Shown here piece by piece: positions 20,437-30,094 of a stretch of DNA of 64,000 bases; the stretch's first letter is position 1; every line of letters begins with the position of its first letter. The DNA is from Chthonomonas sp. UBA6659. Its GTDB lineage: Bacteria; Armatimonadota; Fimbriimonadia; Fimbriimonadales; Fimbriimonadaceae. The stretch lies in contig DKKT01000071.1 in the NCBI GenBank assembly GCA_002455425.1, positions 214,835-278,834 of the forward strand, in the 5' to 3' direction. Both the position numbers and the translations under genes were made by a program. The notes below the pieces were generated by a model. That model saw only the letters and a list, made by a program, of their open reading frames with translations. It had not been told where the DNA came from and made no database searches.

Positions 20437-21075
20437 CTACCCGCTTGCGTTGCTCGCCCGGATCAGGCGTTGGATCCGCAGAGCTCGCTTGTTCTGCGGC
20501 TGGCGCTCGAGCGCGCGATCGATCTGTTCCTGCGCCTCCTTCACGCGCCCTTTCTGGAGCAGGACGGCGGCATAGGTCGCCAGAAACGAGGGCTCTCCCT
20601 GAATCAGCGACAGCGCGTCGAGCGCATGCGCTTCCGCCTCATTCAGGTCACCCTGGAGCAGCGCCACGTTCGCCAAATCGTCCCGCGCCGCTCCCGCCAC
20701 GATGATCGTCTCTCGCGAGCCGCGTTCGGGCATCAGCGTCATTCCTTGCTCGAGGCTCTTCTTAGCCTCGTCGAGGTTACCGAGCGCATACTCGATCTTC
20801 CCCAGCGCGAGGTGGGGCGCGAACTGCAGCGGGTCGAACGACACCAGCGCGCGAAAGAGCTTCGAGGACTCGCGCAGGTCGGCCCGGTCCTTCTCCGTAA
20901 GCTCGTCCCCCCAGATGAACGCCTCCAACGGCTTCTTCGAGAGCTCCCGCGCCTTGGCAAGGGTCTGGGCGAACTCCTCTTCGCTTCCCAGGCGGATCGC
21001 CTGGGTCCCGTCCCGGCTGCCGCAGCCGATCACGAGAAGGAGGAACACCGCGATCCAACACCCCGGGCGAAGCAT
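20437..21075 (-). CDS. TPR-repeat lipoprotein
   Basis: Internal start gives MLRPGCWIAVFLLLVIGCGS (lipobox), followed by TPR repeats. Confidence 0.55.
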   Translation of the reverse strand: MLRPGCWIAVFLLLVIGCGSRDGTQAIRLGSEEEFAQTLAKARELSKKPLEAFIWGDELTEKDRADLRESSKLFRALVSFDPLQFAPHLALGKIEYALGNLDEAKKSLEQGMTLMPERGSRETIIVAGAARDDLANVALLQGDLNEAEAHALDALSLIQGEPSFLATYAAVLLQKGRVKEAQEQIDRALERQPQNKRALRIQRLIRASNASG

Positions 21076-21123
21076 GCCTCCAGTGTACTCAGGGACCTTT
21101 GACAGGATCGAATTCGGTTTGTC

Positions 21124-21387
21124 ATGGAACAAGCTCCTCAGCGACCAGGGCGTTCCTGGCCGCGCAAGGACGAAGAGATGCTCATTTCAGACGCGAAGGG
21201 TTTTGTTGGTCAGTGGGTCGAGGTCGTTTACAAGGACAGGGTCGGTGCCGAGGTGGTCGATACCGCCGAAGTGTTCGATGTCAACTTTGTGCCCCTGTAT
21301 GGTCCTTGCTTGATCACCGATATCGGTGAGATCCGGCTTGATCGCGTCGTCGCCTGCGTGATGGTCGTTCGCAACAAAGCTTCTTAG
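21124..21387 (+). CDS. small hypothetical protein (70-87 aa depending on start)
   Basis: Intergenic-sized gap between two minus-strand genes. ORF with moderate codon bias. No recognisable domain. Confidence 0.25.
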   Translation: MEQAPQRPGRSWPRKDEEMLISDAKGFVGQWVEVVYKDRVGAEVVDTAEVFDVNFVPLYGPCLITDIGEIRLDRVVACVMVVRNKAS

Positions 21388-21409
21388 GGCGCAGCCGGGC
21401 TGAGCTGCC

Positions 21410-22081
21410 TCAGCCCCGAACCGGCAGGAACGAACTTACCCAGGCACCGAAGCCTTGAGGCGTCCGGGTCTGCATGTACACGATCCCGGGACCGGTCAGT
21501 TCGACGACGACGCCCTCTCCCGAAGTCAGCGTCCCAAGGAAGCTCTTCGTCGCCCGCCGCAGTTGATAGCCCATTCCGTCTGAGAACGCCACGAGGTGGC
21601 CGGTGTCGACGATGTACTGTTGCCCCGGTCCAAGTTGGATCGGGTGGATCGCACCGAAGCTGCTGAGCAGGAGCAGGCCGACGCCCGACATGCGCAGCAT
21701 GAACAGGCTTTCGCCGCTGAAGAACCCCTTGAGACTCGCGATTGTCTCCATTCCCAGATTGACGTCTCCGGCCAGGTAGCACCCGCTCGTAACGATCATC
21801 GGCTGCTGGTTCAACTGCATCGCGATGATGTCGCCCGGGGTCGCCGGAGCGAGAAGAAGCTCGCCCGCACCTGCCGTCGCCGTGAACGTCGACTGAAACA
21901 GCGTCTCGCCCCCGAGCAAGCGTCCGAACATCTTCCCGATTCCGCCCTGCATCTTCGATTCCAGATGGAGGGTTGGCGACATGCTGAGCATCGCGCCGCC
22001 TTCGGCCCGAATCGCCTCACCCATTTCGAGGAGCACACGTGCGACGGCGTAGGACGGCTGGTAGAGCACTTCGTAGCGCAT
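21410..22081 (-). CDS. AIM24/TIGR00266 (DUF124) family protein
   Basis: Gly-rich beta-rich sequence with repeated …GGE.L..….G.G.…G…… pattern characteristic of TIGR00266. Confidence 0.55.
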   Translation of the reverse strand: MRYEVLYQPSYAVARVLLEMGEAIRAEGGAMLSMSPTLHLESKMQGGIGKMFGRLLGGETLFQSTFTATAGAGELLLAPATPGDIIAMQLNQQPMIVTSGCYLAGDVNLGMETIASLKGFFSGESLFMLRMSGVGLLLLSSFGAIHPIQLGPGQQYIVDTGHLVAFSDGMGYQLRRATKSFLGTLTSGEGVVVELTGPGIVYMQTRTPQGFGAWVSSFLPVRG

Positions 22082-22093
22082 GGTCGCCGGGTT

Positions 22094-22957
22094 TTACCTG
22101 GTGTCGCCGAGCAGTTCGCGCTTGAAGAAGTCGACGATACGATCCTCAGCCCGGAGTTCGCGGAACTCGTGCGAGGCTCGCGGAACGAGCCGAAGTTCCG
22201 ACCGCACCCCCTCCTTCTTGAGGGCGTCCTGAAGCAGGCGGCTTTGTTCCGGAAACACCACGGAGTCGTCTTCGCCGTGAACGATCAGAAAAGGCGGATC
22301 GTCCGGCGAGGCCGAAGCGGCCGGATTCGCCTTGGCCGCTAGATCGGCCATCTCGACCACCGAACCCCCAAGGAGCAGTTCCTCCGGCCAAAGCCCGTTC
22401 CGATCCTGGAGTCGCGCTACCCTCAGTTTGGCCTCCATCCGGCTGTCCCGCAGGGCCACGAGCCGGGCAAAATCGGTCGGCGCCGAGCAGACGACGACGG
22501 CTTGGACCTTGGTCTCGCCGTCCCCCGTCGTGCCGAGGAGCGCGGCCAGGTTGCCCCCCGAGTTGATGCCCCACACGCCGATCTTCGCCGGGTCGATGCC
22601 GTAGCGCTCCGCGTTCATGCGCGTCCACCGAACGGCCTCCCGCGCGTCCTCGAGCGGGGCTGGGAACTTCGCCCCCGGAGCAAGGCGTGTGTCGACCGCG
22701 ATGCAGACGAAGCCCTCCCGGGCCAAGCGCGAGAACGGCTCGGGCGGTCGATCCTTGCTGCCCGTGGTCCAGTTGCCGCCATGAAAGAACAGGATCGCTG
22801 GGCGGGCCGCGCGCGCCTCCTTGCCCCTCAGAACGTCGACCGTGAGGCTCATCGTCCCGACGGGCCGGTATACGACGTCGCGATCGAACAGAAGGTCGAC
22901 CCGCTTGGGGTCGGTCTGGGCAGCGAGCAGGGCCGTGAGAACCAGAGCGACGGTCAT
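22094..22957 (-). CDS. alpha/beta hydrolase (esterase/lipase-like), secreted
   Basis: HGGNW oxyanion motif, nucleophile elbow region GVWGINSGGNLAA, C-terminal HGEDD. Start at 22957 gives a signal peptide (MTVALVLTALLAAQ). Confidence 0.65.
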   Translation of the reverse strand: MTVALVLTALLAAQTDPKRVDLLFDRDVVYRPVGTMSLTVDVLRGKEARAARPAILFFHGGNWTTGSKDRPPEPFSRLAREGFVCIAVDTRLAPGAKFPAPLEDAREAVRWTRMNAERYGIDPAKIGVWGINSGGNLAALLGTTGDGETKVQAVVVCSAPTDFARLVALRDSRMEAKLRVARLQDRNGLWPEELLLGGSVVEMADLAAKANPAASASPDDPPFLIVHGEDDSVVFPEQSRLLQDALKKEGVRSELRLVPRASHEFRELRAEDRIVDFFKRELLGDTR

Positions 22958-22997
22958 GGCAGTGCCGGTCAGTCTACCGGGATGGCGGGGCATACTG

Positions 22998-23744
22998 ATG
23001 TGGATGGATGCTCCGGAGCCCAAAGGCATCAGCAGCCTGCTCGTTCCCGGTAAGGCGCGCAGCGAAACCCTGACTGACGGCATCTTCGCCATCGCGATGA
23101 CCCTGCTGATCCTGAACATCAACGTTCCCCCTGCCGGGCAGATTGCGTCGGCTGTGGACTTGGTTCAATGGATGCGGGGCGAGTGGCACAACTACCTGAC
23201 CTACTTCTTTGCCTTCGTCACGCTCGGCATCTACTGGATCCAGCACCACAACGTGTTCCACGCGATCGATCGCGTCGATCATGCCCTCATCTGGATGAAC
23301 GTCCACTTTCTGCTCTTCATCGCGTTCCTCCCCTTTTCGACCCGGCTCGCGGACCTCTATTACGGTAACCCCGTCGCGATCGCGGTGTTCGGCTTGAACC
23401 TCATCGTGCTCAGCGCCTTGCTTCTGGCGATCTGGCGCTATGCCGAAGCCCGGCGCTTTGTTCATGCCGATGTTTCTCCGGCCTATGCCCAGCTCGTGCG
23501 CCTGCGACTTCTCGCGATTCCGATCGTGGCGATCCTCTCGATGCTGCTCACCATCATGTGGATTCCGGGCAGCCTCCTCATCTATCTCCTGCTGTTGCCG
23601 TTCTATGCGTTCCCGGGACGCATCGATCGCAAGACGGAAGAAGTGCTCTCGGGCGATGGCCAGATTCGGCCGTTCATGGGTGTCCGCGCTCCTGCGGTTG
23701 TCGAGAAGATGCCCTCGTTCAAACCTTTCGGGAAACGTACATAG
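22998..23744 (+). CDS. TMEM175-like (DUF1211) potassium channel family protein
   Basis: RSETLTDGIFAIAMTLLIL matches the R.E..SDGvFAiaiTLLv signature helix. About 6 TM helices. Confidence 0.6.
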   Translation: MWMDAPEPKGISSLLVPGKARSETLTDGIFAIAMTLLILNINVPPAGQIASAVDLVQWMRGEWHNYLTYFFAFVTLGIYWIQHHNVFHAIDRVDHALIWMNVHFLLFIAFLPFSTRLADLYYGNPVAIAVFGLNLIVLSALLLAIWRYAEARRFVHADVSPAYAQLVRLRLLAIPIVAILSMLLTIMWIPGSLLIYLLLLPFYAFPGRIDRKTEEVLSGDGQIRPFMGVRAPAVVEKMPSFKPFGKRT

Positions 23745-24465
23745 CCTCGATTTCGTCGAGCTTGATCGGCCGCTTGCCCCAGTCGCCGGCGGTGCCGCCC
23801 CAGATGTGCTCGACCCGAAGCCCGGCATGGTGAAGCATCGCCACCATTTCAGGCGGGATGAACAGTCGCTCCCGGATCTTCATCGGGGTCTTTCCCTCCG
23901 GCAGTTCGAATTCGTCCTCATAGAACGAAATCATCGTCGCGGGATCGAACTGGCCGGCCTGGACGGCTTCGTCCGTCATCCGCCGGATCGTCGCGTAGGC
24001 GTTGAGCGCCGTCATCACAAAAGGGGCGCCGGGCCGGAGCGCACGCCCGATCGCCCGGAAGATCTCCAGATCGTGGGCCACCGGCTCTTCGTGATGCTCG
24101 ATCAGCCCCACCGCTCCCTCGCACAGGCAGATCGCGGCGTCGAAGTCGGTGCCGGAGAAGGCCCGAGCGTCCGCCTTCACCCACTCGACCTCGACGCCGG
24201 CAGCGTCGGCCTTGCGACGGGCCTCCTCGAGCATGCCCGCCGAGAAGTCGACCCCGGTTACGCGAAACCCGCGCCGAGCCAGTTCGACGGCGTGACGGCC
24301 GGTCCCGCACCCCATATCGAGGACCCGGGCCTCAGGGGAAAGCGCCATCACCTCGATCAAGAAGTCGCATTCGACCCGCGTGTTCTTTGTGAACGGGTTC
24401 TCGTCGTAATGCGGCGCGTGAACATCGAAAAACTGCCGCCACATCGACGGCTTGTCGGGAATCAT
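23719..24465 (-). CDS. class I SAM-dependent methyltransferase
   Basis: Motif I VLDMGCGTGRH. Post I/II motifs. The track ORF (to 25041) is extended antisense into dxr; the ATG at 24465 is chosen. Confidence 0.65.
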   Translation of the reverse strand: MIPDKPSMWRQFFDVHAPHYDENPFTKNTRVECDFLIEVMALSPEARVLDMGCGTGRHAVELARRGFRVTGVDFSAGMLEEARRKADAAGVEVEWVKADARAFSGTDFDAAICLCEGAVGLIEHHEEPVAHDLEIFRAIGRALRPGAPFVMTALNAYATIRRMTDEAVQAGQFDPATMISFYEDEFELPEGKTPMKIRERLFIPPEMVAMLHHAGLRVEHIWGGTAGDWGKRPIKLDEIEAMYVSRKV

Positions 24466-24504
24466 GTTGCCAACATACCTGGTCCAAAAGCCGTAAACTT
24501 GGCC

Positions 24505-25599
24505 GTGCTTCGACTCGCCGTCCTCGGCTCGACCGGCAGCATCGGTCGGCAAACTCTCGATGTCGTCCGGGACCTGCCTGACCGGCTCCAGGTCGTTGCT
24601 CTCGCCGCCGGCCGCAACCGCGCCACGCTCGATGAACAGGCGCGCGAATTCGGTGTCGCGAATACTGTTGTGTTCGAAGAGGACGGGATGGATGCCCTCG
24701 TGCAAATCGCCGCCGATCCGGACGTCGACGTCGTCGTTGTCAGCGTTGCCGGCGTCGTCGGGCTCCTCCCGACTCTCGCCGCGATCGAAGCCGGAAAGCA
24801 CATTGCGCTCGCGAGCAAGGAGGTCCTTGTTGCCGCCGGCGAGATCGTGATGCCGCTCGCCCGCGAGAAGGGCGCCCTCATCACACCGATCGACAGTGAG
24901 CACAGCGCCCTCTTCCAATGCATGCTCGGCTCGCGTCCTGACCAGATCGATCGTCTGATCTTGACCGCATCCGGCGGGCCGTTTCGGGGTCGGACGGCAG
25001 AGTCCCTCGGCGCCGTGACCGTCGATGAGGCCCTTGCCCACCCCACTTGGCGGATGGGCGGGAAGATCACCGTCGACTCCGCCACCCTAATGAACAAGGG
25101 CCTGGAGATGATCGAGGCGCGGTGGCTCTTCGACGTGCCCGTCGACCAAATCGACGTGGTCGTCCACCCCCAGAGCATCGCCCACTCGTTCGTGAAGTTT
25201 CGCGATGGGAGCGTCCTCGGCCAGTTCGGCTGGCCGAACATGCGCCTCCCGATCCAGTACGCCTTGCTCTACCCCGAGCGGATCCCGAATCAGCTACCCC
25301 CCTGGAATCCGCTCGACACCCCGGGGTTGACGTTCGAAGCCCCCGATGAAGTCACATTCCGGGCGCTCGGTCTCGCGCGGCACGCCGCGCGGGTCGGAGG
25401 TACGCTCCCGTGCGTCCTCAATGCCGCGAACGAAGAGGCCGCCAACGCCTTCTTGAGGCGCGAGATCGGTTTCCTTGCGATCGCCGACCTCGTCGAGCAA
25501 GCGATGGAGGCGCACCGACCGACGGCACCGACGCTGGATTCGTTGCTCGCCGCCGACGCATGGGCGCGCGCAACGACGCTCGAATCGATACGTAAATAG
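24505..25599 (+). CDS. dxr: 1-deoxy-D-xylulose 5-phosphate reductoisomerase
   Basis: VLRLAVLGSTGSIGRQTLDVV (NADPH-binding N-terminus), …DSEHSA…, …LTASGGPF…. GTG start at 24505 (or TTG 24499). The upstream part of the 23440 track ORF is antisense to the methyltransferase. Confidence 0.85.
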   Translation: MLRLAVLGSTGSIGRQTLDVVRDLPDRLQVVALAAGRNRATLDEQAREFGVANTVVFEEDGMDALVQIAADPDVDVVVVSVAGVVGLLPTLAAIEAGKHIALASKEVLVAAGEIVMPLAREKGALITPIDSEHSALFQCMLGSRPDQIDRLILTASGGPFRGRTAESLGAVTVDEALAHPTWRMGGKITVDSATLMNKGLEMIEARWLFDVPVDQIDVVVHPQSIAHSFVKFRDGSVLGQFGWPNMRLPIQYALLYPERIPNQLPPWNPLDTPGLTFEAPDEVTFRALGLARHAARVGGTLPCVLNAANEEAANAFLRREIGFLAIADLVEQAMEAHRPTAPTLDSLLAADAWARATTLESIRK

Positions 25600-25607
25600 G
25601 AAAGTCC

Positions 25608-27224
25608 ATGGATTCCCTTGTGCAACTCGGTCAATACCTGCTCGCCGGGATCGCGTTCCTTATCGTGATCACGGTCTTGGTGGCGGTCCACGAGCTCGGA
25701 CACTATTGGGCGGCCAAAGCGTTCGGGATGAAGGTCGACGCCTTCGCCGTCATGATGGGGGGCATCCGGACCTCCGACTTGAGCAAACGTCTGAAGGAGC
25801 CCCTTGCGCCCGCGTGGCGCGTCACCGTGTCGGCGCTGATCGCCGTCGCGATGGTCGCGATCGGTGGCCTCGAAGGATTTCCGATCGTCCAGACCCTAGG
25901 TCTGTTCCTTCTCGCGATCGCGCTGCCGGTCTGGGTCGCGACCCGCATCGGTGCGCTCTATAGGTTCTCGATCGGGCGGATGCTCAAGCCGCTTGCCGGG
26001 TCCTGGCTGGCAGGGATGGCGTTCCTTCTCATCACGACCGGGCTCAAGAACGTCGACACGATCCAAGCCCTGACCGTCCTCTTCTTCGCCTCCTCGGTCG
26101 GTGTGCTCCTGCTCTATTACCAGCCGGTCCTCCACAAGGCCGAGGATGCCCCGATGGGCGAGGGTGAGCTCGACATCGATGGCGAAAAGGTCCCGGTTCA
26201 GTTTCGACCCGTGATCGCGCGTCGAGCCAAAGACGGTACCGAGTTTTCGCTCCTGCTCCTCCCTCTCGGGGGGTTCGCCGCGATTCGAGGCATGCATCCA
26301 AAGCCGGACGGCAGCGAAACCCAAGTCGAAGCCGGCTTCTACAGCAAGTCTCCGCTCGCTCGCTGGATCGTTCTCTTTGCCGGACCTCTGTTCAGCGTCC
26401 TCTTCGGACTCATTCTCTACACCCTTCTCTTCGTCACCGTGGGCGAAGACCGCGCCGTGAACCAGCCGATCCTCGGCCCGGTGCGCGAAGGTGCGCCCGC
26501 GGCCGTGGGCGGCCTCAAGCCCGGTGACAAGGTCGTGAGCGTGGCCGGCACGCCCGTCTCGACCTTCTACGACATGCTCGTCATCGTTCGTGACCGTGCC
26601 GGGCAACCCCTGGAGTTCGTCTACGAACGCGACGGGAAGCGGGCCACGACCACGATCACGCCCCAAGCCGACCAGGCGCCGACCCCGGTGATCTCGAACA
26701 AGCTCGAACCGACCGAAGCACGCAAGGTTCAGGGCAAGATCGGGGCGGGCTGGACCAGCCGACGTGTGGCCCTGTCCCTCCCTGAGGCGATGGCGCGGGC
26801 TTGGCAGGCACCGGTTCGGATGGTCGAAGGCTTCGTGGGGCTGATCAAGAATCCAGCTCGTGCCAAAGACGAGGTCGGGGGAGCCGCCACGCTCGCGACG
26901 GTCACCTATCACGCGCTCGAAGAGGGGCTCGCCGTGCTTCTCGGGCTTGCGGCCGGTCTGAGCATCTCGCTGGGAATCATGAATCTGCTCCCCGTGCCGC
27001 CCCTCGATGGGGGCCAGATGGTGGTGGCGTTCGTCGAAATGCTCCGACGCGGTCGACGGCTCAGCATCGAAGTCCAGCAGATGGTCAGCACGGTCGGGAT
27101 GGTGCTTGTGCTTGCTCTCGTCATCGGGGTGCTTGCCGTCGATTTGAACCGTTTTCTGGGGCGTCCCGCGACTCCTCCGAACGGCCCGACGAACTCGAGT
27201 TCAGCCCCTCCGGCGAACAAGTGA
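25608..27224 (+). CDS. rseP: RIP metalloprotease RseP (site-2 protease) with PDZ domain
   Basis: HELGHYWAAKAFGM (HExxH) in TM1, PDZ region, C-terminal LDGG motif (NLLPVPPLDGG). Conserved dxr-rseP synteny. Confidence 0.85.
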   Translation: MDSLVQLGQYLLAGIAFLIVITVLVAVHELGHYWAAKAFGMKVDAFAVMMGGIRTSDLSKRLKEPLAPAWRVTVSALIAVAMVAIGGLEGFPIVQTLGLFLLAIALPVWVATRIGALYRFSIGRMLKPLAGSWLAGMAFLLITTGLKNVDTIQALTVLFFASSVGVLLLYYQPVLHKAEDAPMGEGELDIDGEKVPVQFRPVIARRAKDGTEFSLLLLPLGGFAAIRGMHPKPDGSETQVEAGFYSKSPLARWIVLFAGPLFSVLFGLILYTLLFVTVGEDRAVNQPILGPVREGAPAAVGGLKPGDKVVSVAGTPVSTFYDMLVIVRDRAGQPLEFVYERDGKRATTTITPQADQAPTPVISNKLEPTEARKVQGKIGAGWTSRRVALSLPEAMARAWQAPVRMVEGFVGLIKNPARAKDEVGGAATLATVTYHALEEGLAVLLGLAAGLSISLGIMNLLPVPPLDGGQMVVAFVEMLRRGRRLSIEVQQMVSTVGMVLVLALVIGVLAVDLNRFLGRPATPPNGPTNSSSAPPANK

Positions 27225-27283
27225 CGACCGTCAGTCCTGGGGCGCGCGCAACGATGGTGCCCCAACCTGAGTAAATTCCAACT

Positions 27284-28204
27284 ATGCCGGTTGCCGATAT
27301 TCGAGGTCTGACGGTTCGCTATGGATCGTTCACGGCTCTCGACAACTTCAGTGCGGTCATCCCTGAAGGGTGCGTCGGCCTTCTCGGACCGAACGGTGCC
27401 GGAAAAACGACGCTGATCAAGACCCTGCTTGGCTTCGTGACGCCGGCCTCGGGGAGCGGGATCGTCATGGGGCTCGACGCCTTCCGAGACGGCCCCAAGC
27501 TCCGCCAGCGCATCGGATTCATGCCCGAACAGGACTGCCACATCCCGGGCATGACCGCGGTTGGCTTCGTGGCTTACGCCGGCGAGCTCGCCGGAATGCC
27601 CTCCGCTCAGGCCCTCCGCCGGGCTCACGAGGTCCTCGAGTACTGCGGTCTCGGCGAAGCCCGCTACCGCAACGTCGAGACCTACTCGACCGGCATGAAG
27701 CAGAAGATCAAGCTTGCCCAAGCGCTCGTCCACGGTCCAAGGCTGTTGCTCCTCGACGAACCGACGAACGGGCTCGACCCAAGGGGCCGTGAGGAGATGC
27801 TCAAGCTGATCCGTTCGATCTCTCATGGGAAGGACGTCAACGTCCTCGTGAGCAGTCACCTCCTCCCCGACATCGAGCGGACCTGCGACCAGATTCTCCT
27901 CGTATACCAAGGACGCCTGCGTGAGCAAGGCATGATCGAGGACCTGAAGCGCCTCGCCGGCTTGCCCGTCGACGTCCAGCTCCGCGAAGTCAGCGACGCC
28001 TTCTTACGAGAGGTCACGATTCGAGGGATGACGTTCCTCGGGATGGTCGGCTCGACCACGTACCGTCTTCAAGCGCCGGTCACCCTGGAGGAGTCGGCTG
28101 CGCGGGTCTTCGACGCGGCGCGGAGTGCCGAAGCCCAGATTCGCGGATTCGAAAAGGCCGAGCGGACCCTCGAAGAGGCCTTTCTGGAGGCTGTCCATGG
28201 CTAA
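27284..28204 (+). CDS. ABC transporter ATP-binding protein
   Basis: Walker A GPNGAGKTT, signature YSTGMKQK, Walker B LLLDEPTNGLD. Confidence 0.85.
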   Translation: MPVADIRGLTVRYGSFTALDNFSAVIPEGCVGLLGPNGAGKTTLIKTLLGFVTPASGSGIVMGLDAFRDGPKLRQRIGFMPEQDCHIPGMTAVGFVAYAGELAGMPSAQALRRAHEVLEYCGLGEARYRNVETYSTGMKQKIKLAQALVHGPRLLLLDEPTNGLDPRGREEMLKLIRSISHGKDVNVLVSSHLLPDIERTCDQILLVYQGRLREQGMIEDLKRLAGLPVDVQLREVSDAFLREVTIRGMTFLGMVGSTTYRLQAPVTLEESAARVFDAARSAEAQIRGFEKAERTLEEAFLEAVHG

Positions 28205-29174
28205 CGCTCCGATCGCCGATCTTTCCTACCGCGGCTACGACGGCCCTCTGGAATCGCCGACTCAGCGCTGGTGGGTCATCGCCAAGACGAACGTGCGCCG
28301 CACCTTCAAGAACAAATGGTATTGGGTCGCGACGATCACCTCGGGTTGGTATTACCTGCTGATGATGATCATCGTGTACTTCGTCGAACTGGCGGCGGAG
28401 TCCAACCCGCGACAGCAGGGCCCGTTCGCCCTTGCGACCTTCATGAAGCGGGTGATCTGGGTCGACCAGTTCGTCCACGGGTTGTCGTGGGCACAGATCA
28501 TGATTTTCGTCGTAACCCTGATCGCCGGGGCCGGCGTCATCGCAAACGACAACCGGGCGAATGCGCTGCTCGTCTACCTCTCCCGGCCGTGCTCGAAGTT
28601 CGATTACGTGATCGGGAAGTTCATCGGGGTCTTTCTGCCGATTCTCTTGACCGTCGCCCTGCCGTCCCTGGTCTATTTCCTGTACGGGGCTCTGAGCTAC
28701 CGCGCGTATGGTTTCCTTTCGAACGATCCCTGGATGATCGTCAAGATCCTCCTCGTCTGCCCGCTGATCGCCGCCTTCTACAGTGCGCTCATCATCGGCG
28801 TGAGTTCCTTGTTCAACCAAGGGCGCATGGCGGGGGCGGCGTTCGCCGGCCTCTACTTCCTCACCAACTTCTTCACCCAGATGATGGTCATCGCCTGGCA
28901 AGCCAGCACCCGGGTGTCGCGCGGCGTGTTTCGCGCCGAAGAGGGTAACCCGCTTGCGGCGAAGCTGTACTACGCCAGCGTCGATGGCACCATGATCGGC
29001 ACGACGAAGGCGATCATGAACACCGATGGCTCGCCCTACTTCGGCCTTCCGAGCCCCGTCGCCATGATCCCGGCCCCGCCGCTCGTCCCGATGCTTCTCA
29101 TCTCCGGGATCGTGACCTTCCTTTCACTGTGGCTGGCCTGGTCCAGGATTCGCGCGGTCGAGGTGGTCAAGTGA
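28197..29174 (+). CDS. ABC-2 type transporter permease
   Basis: Multi-TM hydrophobic protein, translationally coupled to the ATPase (8-nt overlap). Confidence 0.65.
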   Translation: MANAPIADLSYRGYDGPLESPTQRWWVIAKTNVRRTFKNKWYWVATITSGWYYLLMMIIVYFVELAAESNPRQQGPFALATFMKRVIWVDQFVHGLSWAQIMIFVVTLIAGAGVIANDNRANALLVYLSRPCSKFDYVIGKFIGVFLPILLTVALPSLVYFLYGALSYRAYGFLSNDPWMIVKILLVCPLIAAFYSALIIGVSSLFNQGRMAGAAFAGLYFLTNFFTQMMVIAWQASTRVSRGVFRAEEGNPLAAKLYYASVDGTMIGTTKAIMNTDGSPYFGLPSPVAMIPAPPLVPMLLISGIVTFLSLWLAWSRIRAVEVVK

Positions 29175-30091
29175 AGCCGATCGTCGAACTCCGCAACGCG
29201 TCCCGCTGGTACGGCCAGGTCATGGGCCTCAACGACGTCACGTGCCAGATCGGCCCCGGCATCACCGCTCTCCTCGGCCAGAACGGAGCCGGCAAATCGA
29301 CGATGATGCGCCTGATCACGGGCCAGCTTCGCACGACCACGGGCGAGGTCCTCGTCGGCGGGATGCAGCCGTTCGCGAACCCCGAGGTCTACAAGCTCCT
29401 CGGCTACTGCCCCGAGATCGACAACTTCTACGAATACATGACCGGGCGTCAGTTCGTCCAGAACCTCGCTCGCCTCGCCGGCCTCAGCCCGGAAAGGGCC
29501 AAGAGCCGCACGCAGGAAGTTCTCGAGATCGTCGGTATGGCGGACCGTTGCGATCGGAAGATCGCCGGTTACTCGAAAGGCATGCGGCAGCGCATCAAGC
29601 TCGCTCAGGCGATGCTCCATGATCCCCAAATCATCCTCCTCGACGAGCCGCTCAACGGACTCGATCCGGTCGGTCGGCGGGACTACATGGACCTTCTGGG
29701 CTACCTCGCCGACCAAGGTAAAGGCATTGTCGTGAGTTCACACATCCTCTTTGAAGTCGAACAGTTGACGCGGAGCATCCTCCTGCTTCACCGAGGACGA
29801 CTCCTCGCGACCGGCGACATCCGCGTGATCAGAGAGCTGATCGACAAGCACCCGCACCGGATCCGCATCGAGACCCCCGATCCTCGGGCGTTCGCCCAGA
29901 ATCTCGTCGGATTGCCCTACGTGCTCAGCGTCGAAGTGACCGCCGAGGGCCTCGAACTCCGCACCCGCGAACCCGGCATGTTCTACGACGCCCTCCCCGC
30001 GCTGATCGTCGATCACGGATTGCGGATCGACGGGCTCTGGAGTCCGGATAACAACCTTGAATCGGTGTTCCGATATCTGGTGGAGGCCTAA
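29171..30091 (+). CDS. ABC transporter ATP-binding protein (second)
   Basis: GTG start overlapping the permease stop. Walker A GQNGAGKST, signature YSKGMRQR, Walker B ILLDEPLNGLD. Confidence 0.8.
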   Translation: MKPIVELRNASRWYGQVMGLNDVTCQIGPGITALLGQNGAGKSTMMRLITGQLRTTTGEVLVGGMQPFANPEVYKLLGYCPEIDNFYEYMTGRQFVQNLARLAGLSPERAKSRTQEVLEIVGMADRCDRKIAGYSKGMRQRIKLAQAMLHDPQIILLDEPLNGLDPVGRRDYMDLLGYLADQGKGIVVSSHILFEVEQLTRSILLLHRGRLLATGDIRVIRELIDKHPHRIRIETPDPRAFAQNLVGLPYVLSVEVTAEGLELRTREPGMFYDALPALIVDHGLRIDGLWSPDNNLESVFRYLVEA

Positions 30092-30094
30092 GCG

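Noticed and set aside
23440-24504. Upstream 355 codons of the 719-aa + strand ORF that ends as dxr
   Set aside because: Antisense to the SAM-methyltransferase gene, which has clear motifs. Dxr homology begins only at ~24505.
24466-25041. N-terminal 190 codons of the 440-aa minus-strand ORF that ends as the methyltransferase
   Set aside because: Antisense to dxr. The methyltransferase fold starts at the internal ATG 24465.
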